Shown here one piece after another: positions 1 to 9,901 of a stretch of 62,800 bases of DNA. Every line of letters starts with the position of its first letter. The stretch's first letter is position 1. Origin of the DNA: an uncultured Candidatus Pelagibacter sp. (GTDB lineage Bacteria > Pseudomonadota > Alphaproteobacteria > Pelagibacterales > Pelagibacteraceae); the NCBI GenBank assembly GCA_905612375.1, contig CAJQRS010000002.1:1-62800 (forward strand), given 5' to 3'. The position numbers were made by a program, and so were the translations under genes. Under the pieces are notes generated by a model that worked only from the letters and a program-made list of their open reading frames with translations, did not search any database and was not told the origin of the DNA.

Positions 1-799
1 CTTTAGGTGATATATCAGTATACAATAAGGAAGTTGTAACACTTTTTAAGCTTTCATCGAAATCTGCAATTATTATAGAGTCAAATTTTACATCACCTAG
101 AGTGTCTCTTTTCTTTAGTTTATCAATTAATCGTTCTTTGTTACTTTGATTTGATTTTTCTAACCTGACTATTTCATCTTCAAGGTTTTGTTTTCTTATA
201 CTGTAGCGAGTAATTTTTTCAATTTGTTGAGTAAGTTTGGTTGGATCATTATTATAAATATAATTCTTTATTATTTTTATTTTAGAATCAGAAATAGCTT
301 TTTTAATCTCTTTCTTATAATTTACATCTGGAGTTAAGAAAATTGTTTTTTTTATTTCATTTAACTCTAAAAACTTCTTAATGGTGTTTAATTGAGATGT
401 TGCATTGATACCAGCATTAATAATGTTTTTTGAAAAATTATCATTTTTGTTTGTTAATGATAAAAAAGTTACTTCAGTCAACTCATGAAGGTAAATTAAG
501 TTTTCATTAAAGACTGGGCCAATAATTATTTTTACACCTAGTGTAGCCAGTTCTTTTGCTGCTCTTAGGGTGCTTTCAGGATTCGATTGAGTGTCCCTAG
601 GAATAATTTCAATTGATAGGTTGTTTATTTTATTAATAGCCAGTCGTGTAGATTTAATTATAGATTTACCAATTTCAGAATTTTTACCTGTTAATGGAAC
701 AAGCAATCCAATCTTAATCTTTTCACTAGCAATGATTTCTTGCGCTGAAACTGACAAAGTTAAAGTTAAAAGTAATATAATTTTAATAATTTTCTTCAT
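1..799 (-). CDS. Periplasmic binding-fold protein, penicillin-binding protein activator (LpoA/LppC-like); 3' end runs off the window
   Basis: Not in ORF track. Manual translation from the ATG at 799 gives MKKIIKIILLLTLTLSVSAQEIIASEKIKIGLLVPLTGKNSEIGKSII...VKIIIGPVF, open to the window edge. Signal peptide plus the IGLLVPLTG/IIGP motifs of type-1 periplasmic binding proteins; divergent from rsmI, as lpoA is in E. coli. Confidence 0.75.
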   Translation of the reverse strand, partial: MKKIIKIILLLTLTLSVSAQEIIASEKIKIGLLVPLTGKNSEIGKSIIKSTRLAINKINNLSIEIIPRDTQSNPESTLRAAKELATLGVKIIIGPVFNENLIYLHELTEVTFLSLTNKNDNFSKNIINAGINATSQLNTIKKFLELNEIKKTIFLTPDVNYKKEIKKAISDSKIKIIKNYIYNNDPTKLTQQIEKITRYSIRKQNLEDEIVRLEKSNQSNKERLIDKLKKRDTLGDVKFDSIIIADFDESLKSVTTSLLYTDISPK

Positions 800-831
800 T
801 TTAATGTTATTATTATAGCGATTATATTGTA

Positions 832-1695
832 ATGATTCTAGACACTGAAAATAAAAATAATAAAGTGATGAGTGGTCTTTATATTGTGGCCACTCCAATT
901 GGAAACTTAAGTGATATTACTTTAAGAGCCCTAGATATCTTAAAAAAATCAGATTATATACTGTGTGAAGATACACGTACCTCAAAAAATTTGTTAGATA
1001 GATATGAGATTAAGTCAAAGCTAATTTCAAATCATAAATTTAATGAAAAAAAAAATTTATCAAAAGTAATGGATATTCTAAAATTAGACTGTGTCGTATC
1101 ATTGATTTCTGATGCTGGAACACCCTCAGTTTCAGACCCTGGAGCAATATTGATTAACGAGTGTGTGGTAAATAATATTAATATCTTTCCAATATCTGGT
1201 GCATCAGCAGTTTCAACAGCTGTCTCTATTAGTGGTTTCAATGAAAAATACTTTTTCTATGGTTTTTTTCCTGAAAAAAATATCAAGTTAAAAGAGGATT
1301 TTGTAAAACTGGAAAACTTAAATAGCTGTATTGTTTTTTTTATTTCTCCACGAAAATTTAATAAGTCTATAAAAGATATCAAATATCATTTTTCAGGTAG
1401 AAAAATTTTAATATGTAGAGAAATGACAAAGTTTTATGAAGAATATATCAGATCAGATATTGACAATTTAGAACCTTTTAAATCTGATCCAAAGGGAGAA
1501 CTAACAATTGTTATTTCTGAAAAGCTTAAAGAGAAAAACTCTTCGATAATTTTAAAAGAATCTGATAAAAAGAATATTCAAAAAATGATTAAAAAACTAA
1601 GTATTAAAGATATTACTGATTTAATTAGTCAGAACAACAATGTACCAAAAAAAGAAATTTATAATTATTGTTTAAAATTAAAAAATGAAAAATAA
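832..1695 (+). CDS. rsmI: 16S rRNA (cytidine1402-2'-O)-methyltransferase
   Basis: GLYIVATPIGNLSDITLRA, CEDTR, LISDAGTPSVSDPG and REMTKFYEE motifs. Confidence 0.95.
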   Translation: MILDTENKNNKVMSGLYIVATPIGNLSDITLRALDILKKSDYILCEDTRTSKNLLDRYEIKSKLISNHKFNEKKNLSKVMDILKLDCVVSLISDAGTPSVSDPGAILINECVVNNINIFPISGASAVSTAVSISGFNEKYFFYGFFPEKNIKLKEDFVKLENLNSCIVFFISPRKFNKSIKDIKYHFSGRKILICREMTKFYEEYIRSDIDNLEPFKSDPKGELTIVISEKLKEKNSSIILKESDKKNIQKMIKKLSIKDITDLISQNNNVPKKEIYNYCLKLKNEK

Positions 1696-2278
1696 AATTT
1701 TTTTAATAAGTTTAGTCTTTTTAATCTTTACAGGATGTGTAGGAATAAGCTCAAAAGGTATTTTTGGAACTGGTGTTAGTATTGCTTTAGATCCAAGATC
1801 TTTAGGTACCCAAATAGATGATTCTGTAATGCAGAAAAACTTAGCTACAAGAATAATATTAAGAGATAAAACCTACTTGTTATCAGTAAGCACAAAAGTT
1901 TTAGATGGTAAAATTTTTTTAACAGGAAAAGTAGAGGACCCAGAAGAAAAACTTCAAATTACAAAGTTAGCGTGGGAAACCAAAGGTGTTAGATCTGTTA
2001 GAAATGATATTACAATAAAAGAAGATTTTAATTTTAAACAATCAGCTAAAGATTTATTGATAACCTCTCAACTGCGTACAGCTCTAATATTTAATAAAAA
2101 AATTAAGGCAATGAACTATCAAATAGATACTTACAAAAAAAAAATATTCATTTATGGAATTTCTCTAACAGGAGATGAGAGAAAAGAAGTGATAAGCGAG
2201 GCTAAAGAAATACTTGATGTTAAAGATGTTATAGCAAGTATTGTTTTAGTTGAAGACTTGAGAATTCAAAAGAATTAA
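1685..2278 (+). CDS. Dual BON-domain lipoprotein (DolP/YraP/OsmY-like)
   Basis: Lipobox-like FTGC, DPRSLGTQIDD motif, two BON-like repeats. Confidence 0.85.
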   Translation: MKNKIFLISLVFLIFTGCVGISSKGIFGTGVSIALDPRSLGTQIDDSVMQKNLATRIILRDKTYLLSVSTKVLDGKIFLTGKVEDPEEKLQITKLAWETKGVRSVRNDITIKEDFNFKQSAKDLLITSQLRTALIFNKKIKAMNYQIDTYKKKIFIYGISLTGDERKEVISEAKEILDVKDVIASIVLVEDLRIQKN

Positions 2279-4563
2279 TTTTTTTTATAATCAATCACAT
2301 CAGCAGAGTAGGCGGCGACAGAAGCTAGATTAATTATTTCTGATGTAGAAGATCTTAATGGTGCTATTTCAATTGGTTGACCTAATCCAATTAACAAAGG
2401 TCCAATTACTTTTGTATCACCTAAGCTTTTTAACATTTTATATGAAATAGCCGCACTATGCTGCCCCGGCATTATTAAGATATTTGCATTTCCAACAATA
2501 CTGGAAAAGGGATAAAGCTCTTTATATTCATCATTTAGAGCAACATCTGGTTGCATATCTCCATCAAAATCAAAATTTACATTTTTACTTTTTAAAATTT
2601 CAACTGCTTTTTTTATATGTTTAGTTCTACTTGTAAGAGGCTGACCAAAGGTGGAATGAGAAACAAAAGCAACTTTTGGGATAAAGCCAAACATTTTAAC
2701 TACCCTTGCAGAAGATATAGCAATTTCAACAAGCTCTTCTGAGCTTGGGTATTCATTAACACTAGTATCTCCAACAAAAATAGTTTTTCCTTTTGCAACA
2801 ACCATATTTAAACCAAACATTATCTCTCCTGGTCTAGCATCGATAACTTGTGTGACTTTTTCAAAAGATGCTCCAAATCTTCTAGTATTTCCGGTTACAG
2901 CACCATCTGCATCACCACACGCCACCATACAAGATGCCCATACAACTCTATCATTTCTAACTAATCTATCGCAGTCTCTTTCTAAAAGACCCTGCTCTCT
3001 TTGCATTTTTTTAAACAAAAAATTTACGTACTTTTCTCTTTTTTCAGAGTCTTGAGAATTTATAACCTCAATATCAAAATTTTCATTGTAGCCAATTTCC
3101 TTAATTCTTTCTTTAATCTTTTCTTTTTTACCAACCAAAATTGGAATTCCTAATTTAGAATTTTTAAATGCTATTGCAGCTTTAAGAGTGTTCTCGTCTT
3201 CACCATCTGCAAAAACAATTCTTTTTTGATTTTTTTTGATATAAGAATTAATACCCTGCATTATTGTAACAGATGGATTAAGTCTTTGTTTAAGCTGTTC
3301 TTTATAAACATCAAAATCTTTAATATTCTTTTTTGCAACACCACTATCCATGGCAGCCTTTGCAACAGCAGCAGGAATTACACTAATTAATCTTGGATCA
3401 AAAGTGGATGGAATTATATAATCTTTTCCATATTTGGGACGATCACCACCCATTGCTGCAACAACTTCATCGGGAACCTCTTCTCTTGCAAGTTTTGCTA
3501 TTGCATTTGCAGCAGCTACTTTCATCTCTTCATTAATTGTAGTTGCTCTAACATCCAAAGCTCCTCGGAAGATGTATGGAAAACCAATTAAGTTATTTAC
3601 TTGATTTGGGTAATCAGATCTTCCTGTTGCTATAATAGCGTCATCTCTAACTTCCATTATTTCTTCAGGAGTTATTTCTGGATCTGGATTAGCGCAGGCA
3701 AAAATTATTGGATTTTTAGCCATAGTTTTTACTAACTCTTTAGCCAATGCTCCTTTTGCAGATAATCCTAAAAATACATCAGCACCATTGATTGCTTCTT
3801 CTAAATTTCTATTTTTTGTATCAATTGCATGAGCAGATTTCCACTGATCCATACTCTCTGTTCTTCCTCTATAGATTACTCCTTTACGATCTAACATTGT
3901 TACATTTTCATTAGGTACGCCACTATTTTTAAATAAATTTGTACAAGCGACCGCAGAAGCACCAGCTCCATTAACAACAACTTTAATATCTTTTATTGAT
4001 TTACCAGTTATATCTAAAGCATTGAGTAATGCTGCAGTAGTTATTATTGCTGTACCATGTTGATCATCATGAAAAACAGGAATATCTAAAATTTCTTTTA
4101 ACTTTTCTTCAATAACAAAACAATCTGGAGCAGCTATATCTTCTAAATTAATTCCACCAAAGCTGCATGCAAAATTTTTTATACTATTAATGATTTCATC
4201 CACATTTTGTGAATCAATTTCTAAATCTATAGAATCTATATCTGCAAATCTTTTAAATAAAACTGCTTTACCTTCCATCACGGGTTTCGAAGCTAATGCG
4301 CCTAAATTACCCATACCTAAAATTGCAGAGCCATTACTTATCACCGCAACTAGATTTCCTTTAGAAGTGTAGTCATAGGCAGTCTCTGGATTATCATAAA
4401 TAGCCCGAACAGGAACAGCAACACCTGGAGAATAAGCTAGCGCCAAATCTCTTTTGGTTGTCATTGGTTTTGAAGAATTTATTTCAATTTTTCCAGGCTT
4501 ATTTAAGCTATGAAATTCTAATGCTTCTTTATCCGTGTAATGATTTATTTTAGTTTTTTTCAT
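2275..4563 (-). CDS. maeB: NADP-dependent malic enzyme with C-terminal phosphotransacetylase-like domain
   Basis: LALAYSPGVA, PVMEGKAVLFK, FHDDQHGTA and TGRSDYPNQVNN motifs; 762 aa including the PTA-like C-terminal half. Confidence 0.95.
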   Translation of the reverse strand: MKKTKINHYTDKEALEFHSLNKPGKIEINSSKPMTTKRDLALAYSPGVAVPVRAIYDNPETAYDYTSKGNLVAVISNGSAILGMGNLGALASKPVMEGKAVLFKRFADIDSIDLEIDSQNVDEIINSIKNFACSFGGINLEDIAAPDCFVIEEKLKEILDIPVFHDDQHGTAIITTAALLNALDITGKSIKDIKVVVNGAGASAVACTNLFKNSGVPNENVTMLDRKGVIYRGRTESMDQWKSAHAIDTKNRNLEEAINGADVFLGLSAKGALAKELVKTMAKNPIIFACANPDPEITPEEIMEVRDDAIIATGRSDYPNQVNNLIGFPYIFRGALDVRATTINEEMKVAAANAIAKLAREEVPDEVVAAMGGDRPKYGKDYIIPSTFDPRLISVIPAAVAKAAMDSGVAKKNIKDFDVYKEQLKQRLNPSVTIMQGINSYIKKNQKRIVFADGEDENTLKAAIAFKNSKLGIPILVGKKEKIKERIKEIGYNENFDIEVINSQDSEKREKYVNFLFKKMQREQGLLERDCDRLVRNDRVVWASCMVACGDADGAVTGNTRRFGASFEKVTQVIDARPGEIMFGLNMVVAKGKTIFVGDTSVNEYPSSEELVEIAISSARVVKMFGFIPKVAFVSHSTFGQPLTSRTKHIKKAVEILKSKNVNFDFDGDMQPDVALNDEYKELYPFSSIVGNANILIMPGQHSAAISYKMLKSLGDTKVIGPLLIGLGQPIEIAPLRSSTSEIINLASVAAYSADVIDYKKN

Positions 4564-4613
4564 TTAAGTTAATTAGATATACAAATGTAGCAAATTTAAG
4601 ACTAATATGATTT

Positions 4614-6140
4614 ATGAATCTTATTAAGTCAACAGGCACATTTAGTTTCTTCACTATAATTAGTAGATTGCTAGGCTATGTAAGGGACATACTAATAGCG
4701 GTATTTCTTGGAGCAGGTCCCTTAGCAGATGCTTTCTTTGTGGCATTTAGGATTCCAAATACATTTAGAAGACTATTTTCAGAAGGTACATTTAATGCAG
4801 CATTTGTACCCAGCTACTCATCCTTATTAAATAATAAAAAAGAATCTCAAAAATTTGCAAATAATATTTTCAATTTACTTATAGTGGGTTTATTTTTTTT
4901 AGTTCTTATTATTGAAATTTTGATGCCACTATTTGTTTTTTTAATTGCACCAGGATTTGATAGTGATTACCAAAAAATGGAATTAGCTATAACTTTGACA
5001 AGAATTACTTTCCCTTTTTTAATGTTTATTAGTTTAGCATCTTTTTTTTCTGCAATTTTAAATTCACACAATAAATTTGCCATAGCTTCGGCTGCACCTA
5101 TCATTTTAAATATTCTTTTAATAGGAGTGTTACTTTTTGGAAAAATTTTAAACGATCAATTGGTACATTACTTGTCTTATGCGGTTACTATAGCAGGATT
5201 ATTACAATTTATATTTTTATATTTATTTGTAAAAAAATATTTTTCTCCAAAATTCAAACTACATATTAAAATTAATAGTAAGGTTAAAATTTTTTTTAAA
5301 AAACTACTTCCTAGTATTTTTTCTTCTGGAGTTACTCAAATAAATATTTTAGTAGGAACAATTATTGCATCTTTTCAAGCTAGTGCAGTATCCTATCTTT
5401 ACTACGCAGACAGAATTTATCAAATAAATCTTGCTATTGCAGGAATTGCAATAGGTACAGTAATACTTCCTCAACTTTCCAAACATGTTCAAAGTAATAA
5501 AAAAAAAAAAATAAACCTAATTCAAAATAAAGCATTAGAGTTGAGTTTATTTTTAAGTATACCTGCGGCAATTGCATTACTAATAGCATCTGAAGAGATC
5601 ATCTCTTCTTTATTTGGTTATGGGTCATTTGATGAAGAGAGTGTCAAGAACTCTGGAAAAGCCTTATTTTATTTTGCTATTGGTTTGCCAGCATTTTCTT
5701 TGATTAAAGTTTTTTCAACTTTTTTTTTCGCACGACATAATACAAAAATGCCTTTTTATATCTCTCTAACTTCAGTTTTATTAAATGTATTTATTAGTGT
5801 TACTTTTTTTAAAGAAGTTGGGTTTTTGATTATACCAATAGCAACCACAATAGCATCTTGGGTTAATGTCATTTTACTGTTTATTTTTTTAAAAATAAAA
5901 AGTTTATTCAATTTTAATTTTTTTTTCATAGTTAGATTTATTAAAATTCTAATAGCTTCAATGTTAATGGGAATATTTTTCAATTATATAATTTATTTTT
6001 TTAATGAAAAATTTTTCTATGAATCAAACGTTAAAGCAATTTACTTGGTCAGTGCAGTTATATTGGGACTAGTATTTTATCTTTTCATTGCAATTTTAAT
6101 CAAGGCTTTTAAAAGAAGTGATATTAACTTAAACTATTAA
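4614..6140 (+). CDS. murJ: Lipid II flippase MurJ (MviN)
   Basis: SRLLGYVRD, ADAFFVAFRIPNTFRRLFSEG and YLYYADR motifs; multi-TM. Confidence 0.95.
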   Translation: MNLIKSTGTFSFFTIISRLLGYVRDILIAVFLGAGPLADAFFVAFRIPNTFRRLFSEGTFNAAFVPSYSSLLNNKKESQKFANNIFNLLIVGLFFLVLIIEILMPLFVFLIAPGFDSDYQKMELAITLTRITFPFLMFISLASFFSAILNSHNKFAIASAAPIILNILLIGVLLFGKILNDQLVHYLSYAVTIAGLLQFIFLYLFVKKYFSPKFKLHIKINSKVKIFFKKLLPSIFSSGVTQINILVGTIIASFQASAVSYLYYADRIYQINLAIAGIAIGTVILPQLSKHVQSNKKKKINLIQNKALELSLFLSIPAAIALLIASEEIISSLFGYGSFDEESVKNSGKALFYFAIGLPAFSLIKVFSTFFFARHNTKMPFYISLTSVLLNVFISVTFFKEVGFLIIPIATTIASWVNVILLFIFLKIKSLFNFNFFFIVRFIKILIASMLMGIFFNYIIYFFNEKFFYESNVKAIYLVSAVILGLVFYLFIAILIKAFKRSDINLNY

Positions 6141-6141
6141 C

Positions 6142-7143
6142 ATGAGTAAAAAAATTTTTTCAGGAGTTCAACCAACGGGAAACCTTCATCTTGGAAACTA
6201 TCTTGGTGCAATTAAGAATTTTGTAGAACTTCAGAATAAAAAAGAAAATCAATGTATTTTCTGTGTTGTAGACCTCCATGCAATAACGGTTAAACAAGAC
6301 CCTAGAGAATTAAAAAAGAATATAAGAGAAACTGCAGCTACATTTATTGCATGTGGAATTGATCCAGCTCAAAGTATAATTTTTAACCAATCAATGGTTT
6401 CAGCACATTCAGAAGCTGCATGGATTTTAAGTTGTGTTTCAAGAATAGGTTGGCTTAATAGAATGACTCAATTTAAAGAAAAAGCTGGTAAGGATAAAGA
6501 AAAAGCCAGTATAGGTCTTTATTCCTATCCAGTTTTAATGGCTGCAGATATTTTACTATATGATGCATCGCATGTCCCAGTTGGAGATGATCAAAAACAA
6601 CATTTAGAGCTTTGTAGAGATATTGCACAAAAATTTAATAATGATTTTACTGCACCAGATTTTTTAAAAGTACCTGAGCCTTTAATACAAAAACAATTTT
6701 CTAGAATAATGAGTCTTAAAGATGGAATAAAAAAAATGAGTAAATCAGATCCTTCAGACTTAAGTAGAATTAACCTTACCGATAATAAAGAAAAAATATT
6801 GAATAAAGTAAAAAAAGCAAAAACAGATACTTTACCACTACCTAAAGAAGCTAAAGATTTAGCTAATAGGCCAGAAGCAGAAAATTTATTGAGAATTTAT
6901 TCAAGTTTAAAAAATCAAAATTTGGAAAATTCTATAAATGAATTTAATGAAAAAAATTTTTCTACATTTAAAGAAAAACTATCAGAAGCTCTAACTGAAA
7001 CAATTGAGCCAATTTCAAAAGAAATTAAAAAATTACTAAATGACGAAAAATATTTAGATACAATTTTATTAGAAGGATCTGTTAAAGCGGATAAAATTGC
7101 CTCAAAAAAGATTAAAGAAATTAAAGAATTAGTAGGTTTTTAA
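6142..7143 (+). CDS. trpS: Tryptophanyl-tRNA synthetase
   Basis: SGVQPTGNLHLGNY (HIGH-like), VPVGDDQKQHLE and KMSKS motifs. Confidence 0.97.
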   Translation: MSKKIFSGVQPTGNLHLGNYLGAIKNFVELQNKKENQCIFCVVDLHAITVKQDPRELKKNIRETAATFIACGIDPAQSIIFNQSMVSAHSEAAWILSCVSRIGWLNRMTQFKEKAGKDKEKASIGLYSYPVLMAADILLYDASHVPVGDDQKQHLELCRDIAQKFNNDFTAPDFLKVPEPLIQKQFSRIMSLKDGIKKMSKSDPSDLSRINLTDNKEKILNKVKKAKTDTLPLPKEAKDLANRPEAENLLRIYSSLKNQNLENSINEFNEKNFSTFKEKLSEALTETIEPISKEIKKLLNDEKYLDTILLEGSVKADKIASKKIKEIKELVGF

Positions 7144-7195
7144 TAAAATATATTAATTAGTTTAAATTTAGACATTTACCACTATATATAAAAGT

Positions 7196-7738
7196 ATGTT
7201 CATTCAAACCGAAGTAACACCAAATCCAAATTCCCTTAAGTTTTTACCAGGAAAAAATGTATCTAATTGTGGTTCTTTTGAAGTAACAAAAAAAGAAGAT
7301 ACAGACAATGAACTAGTAAGAAATCTTTTGTCTATCAATGGAGTAACGGGAATATTTTTGGGAGAAGATTTTTTATCTATTAACAAAAAAGAAGATATGC
7401 TCTGGGAAGATATTAAACATATAGTCATTTCACTAATTAATGATTTTTATGCTACTGGTAAAGAATTTGTTATTGCAAATGAATTATCTAAGGGAAAAAA
7501 AGAAGAATACAATGAAATTGAAAAAAAAATTATAAATATTCTTGAGACAAAAATTAGACCGGCGGTTGCTAAAGATGGTGGTGATATAAAATTTAAAGAG
7601 TTTAAAAATGGTGTAGTGAAAGTAGAATTACAAGGAAGTTGTTCAGGATGTCCAAGTTCAACTATGACACTTAAACAAGGAGTCCAAAATCTTTTGTGTC
7701 ATTATTTGCCTGAAGTAAAAGAGGTTGTTGCAATATAA
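7196..7738 (+). CDS. Nfu/NifU-family Fe-S carrier protein
   Basis: MFIQTEVTPNPNSLKF N-domain and IRPAVAKDGGD...GSCSGCPSS CxxC motif. Confidence 0.92.
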   Translation: MFIQTEVTPNPNSLKFLPGKNVSNCGSFEVTKKEDTDNELVRNLLSINGVTGIFLGEDFLSINKKEDMLWEDIKHIVISLINDFYATGKEFVIANELSKGKKEEYNEIEKKIINILETKIRPAVAKDGGDIKFKEFKNGVVKVELQGSCSGCPSSTMTLKQGVQNLLCHYLPEVKEVVAI

Positions 7739-7740
7739 TC

Positions 7741-8853
7741 ATGAAAAAAAAATTCTCAATTGATGAAGTAAGAAAGTATTTAAAAAAACAGATTTTTATA
7801 ATAAACCAAAAAAAAAACCCAAAAAAAGAGAATAACCTAGGAAGTATACCCAGAACTTTTTTGGCTAGCCTGACTATAATATCCTTTTTTTTTATTATTC
7901 CAATAATTGTTGAGTTTTCAAAAAATACATCATTTATTTCTGCAGACTTTGAAAACAGTTCAAAAAATGATTTAAAAAAATTATTAGAAAAAAAGGATAT
8001 TGAATCAGATAAAGTTAAAAATCCCAAATTTTTATTTGAAGATATATTGATACTTGATGAGCAACCTACTAACTCAATAAGATTGAGTGCAGCAACAATT
8101 GAGGAATTATTTAAATCTACGAATTATAGTTTACAAGATGTAAGAAAAAATAAGTTAGTTAAACCAATTTCATTATCACTGCTGCCAAGTGAAATCATAA
8201 AAATAGAAAATACAAAAAAAAGAAAAAATCTTTTTATTCAAATTATTTTGCCATTAATAATTCAAGAAAATAATAATATTAGATTAGATAGAAAAAAGCT
8301 TTTTAGTATTTTAAATAAAAGCATGAATACAAAAGCTGAAAAAGTTTGGTTAAATTCAAGATTCAAACAATACGGAATAGCAAATAAAGACTTATCATCA
8401 TTAAAGATTAGAATGGATGAAGTTCCAGTCTCTATGGCCATTGCACAAGCAGCAAAAGAAACGGGTTGGGGCACATCAAGATTTGCACAAGAGGGTAATG
8501 CATTGTTTGGTCAATGGACCTGGTCTGGTGAAGGAATAAAACCCTCAGAAGCAGATGATAATAGCACACATAAGGTAATGAAATTTAAAGTATTACAAGC
8601 TTCAGTCAGAGCGTATCAAAGAAACTTAAATACTCACTCTTCTTATAAAGACTTCAGGAGTACTAGGGCTGAATTGAGAGATAAAGGAAAAAAACTAGAC
8701 AGCATGATTCTTACTAAACACTTAGATAAGTATGCAGAAACTGGGAAACAATATGTCAAGGTTCTACAACAAATAATAAAACAAAATGATTTAACAGACT
8801 TTGATGATGCAAAGTTATTGCCATCAAGTATTAATTTAGAGAGTTTAATTTAA
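7741..8853 (+). CDS. Glucosaminidase-domain (GH73/Bax-like) membrane-anchored protein
   Basis: N-terminal TM segment; AQAAKETGWGTSRFAQEGNALFGQW and NLNTHSSYKDFR Bax-type motifs. Confidence 0.85.
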   Translation: MKKKFSIDEVRKYLKKQIFIINQKKNPKKENNLGSIPRTFLASLTIISFFFIIPIIVEFSKNTSFISADFENSSKNDLKKLLEKKDIESDKVKNPKFLFEDILILDEQPTNSIRLSAATIEELFKSTNYSLQDVRKNKLVKPISLSLLPSEIIKIENTKKRKNLFIQIILPLIIQENNNIRLDRKKLFSILNKSMNTKAEKVWLNSRFKQYGIANKDLSSLKIRMDEVPVSMAIAQAAKETGWGTSRFAQEGNALFGQWTWSGEGIKPSEADDNSTHKVMKFKVLQASVRAYQRNLNTHSSYKDFRSTRAELRDKGKKLDSMILTKHLDKYAETGKQYVKVLQQIIKQNDLTDFDDAKLLPSSINLESLI

Positions 8854-9901
8854 CAGAAAATTGGACTCCAAACCATCTCCATATTCCATCATCATTAAGG
8901 GAGCAATTTACTCTTCCTCTTCTAAAATTAAACTTCTCTCTAAAATTTAAACTTAATATGTTTTGATTGAATTTGATATTAGATTTTTTCCACCTTCCTC
9001 CTTCATCTGAAAAACAATTAATATTATTTATATTGTTTTGTTCATCAAAAAATTCCACCAAGAATTTTGGAGGGTTATTATCATTTATTAAATATTTTTC
9101 ATTAGGATGTAAAATTTTATATTGCAGCGGATTAAGATTGATTAAAAATTGAAACCTTTTTAGATCACCATATTTCTCATTAATTGGAAATCTTGGAATT
9201 TCGTAGCGATCTTTATTCACATCAATTACCCCAGAGTGCTGACCAAAAGAAAACTTAAAATTTTTGGAAATATATTTTTTTATAAGTGAGCTATACTCTC
9301 CAAAAGGATAAGAGAAAAAGATAGGGTTATATCCTAGTTTTTCTTTAAAGATTAAAGATGAGGTATCAATATCTCTTATAAAATCTTCATTTTCTAGGTT
9401 TACTAAATAATTGTGGGAGTGAGAATGATTTCCTATATATACTGTATCCTCCATCTCTAATTCTTTAATTTGACTCCAAGTCATGTACCCATTTCTTCCA
9501 ACAGACTTCGTTGAAACAAAAAGAATAAATGGAATCTTTCTTTTTTTTAAATATGGCCAGGCAACCTCATAAAATGAAGAAAATGCATCATCTATAGTAA
9601 TAAGTATTTTTTTTTCTAACTTTGGAGTATTAAATTTTTGTTCTAAGTCTTTTGGGTCATAAAAATTATATTTTAAATTCGTAATTATTTTAATTTGTTT
9701 CTTAAAAACATCCATTTGGATATTTGTTGATGGGTATTTATTTTCATCAAATCTATGGTACATTAATGAAAGAATACCCTTATCTTCAGAATAATATTTG
9801 ATATTTTTTTCTTCTGCATTAGAGTTAGAATTAAATAATAATATTATAATGAATAACTTAATAGTAGATGCTGCAAAAGATAAAATTTTTTTAACGTTCA
9901 T
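8831..9901 (-). CDS. Exported polysaccharide deacetylase (CE4/NodB family)
   Basis: Signal peptide; LMYHRF, ITIDDAF, GNHSHSH and FSYPFGEY motifs. Confidence 0.88.
   Translation of the reverse strand: MNVKKILSFAASTIKLFIIILLFNSNSNAEEKNIKYYSEDKGILSLMYHRFDENKYPSTNIQMDVFKKQIKIITNLKYNFYDPKDLEQKFNTPKLEKKILITIDDAFSSFYEVAWPYLKKRKIPFILFVSTKSVGRNGYMTWSQIKELEMEDTVYIGNHSHSHNYLVNLENEDFIRDIDTSSLIFKEKLGYNPIFFSYPFGEYSSLIKKYISKNFKFSFGQHSGVIDVNKDRYEIPRFPINEKYGDLKRFQFLINLNPLQYKILHPNEKYLINDNNPPKFLVEFFDEQNNINNINCFSDEGGRWKKSNIKFNQNILSLNFREKFNFRRGRVNCSLNDDGIWRWFGVQFSVKLNSLN

Noticed and set aside
591-818. 75-aa plus-strand ORF
   Set aside because: Antisense to the real minus-strand LpoA/LppC-like gene.
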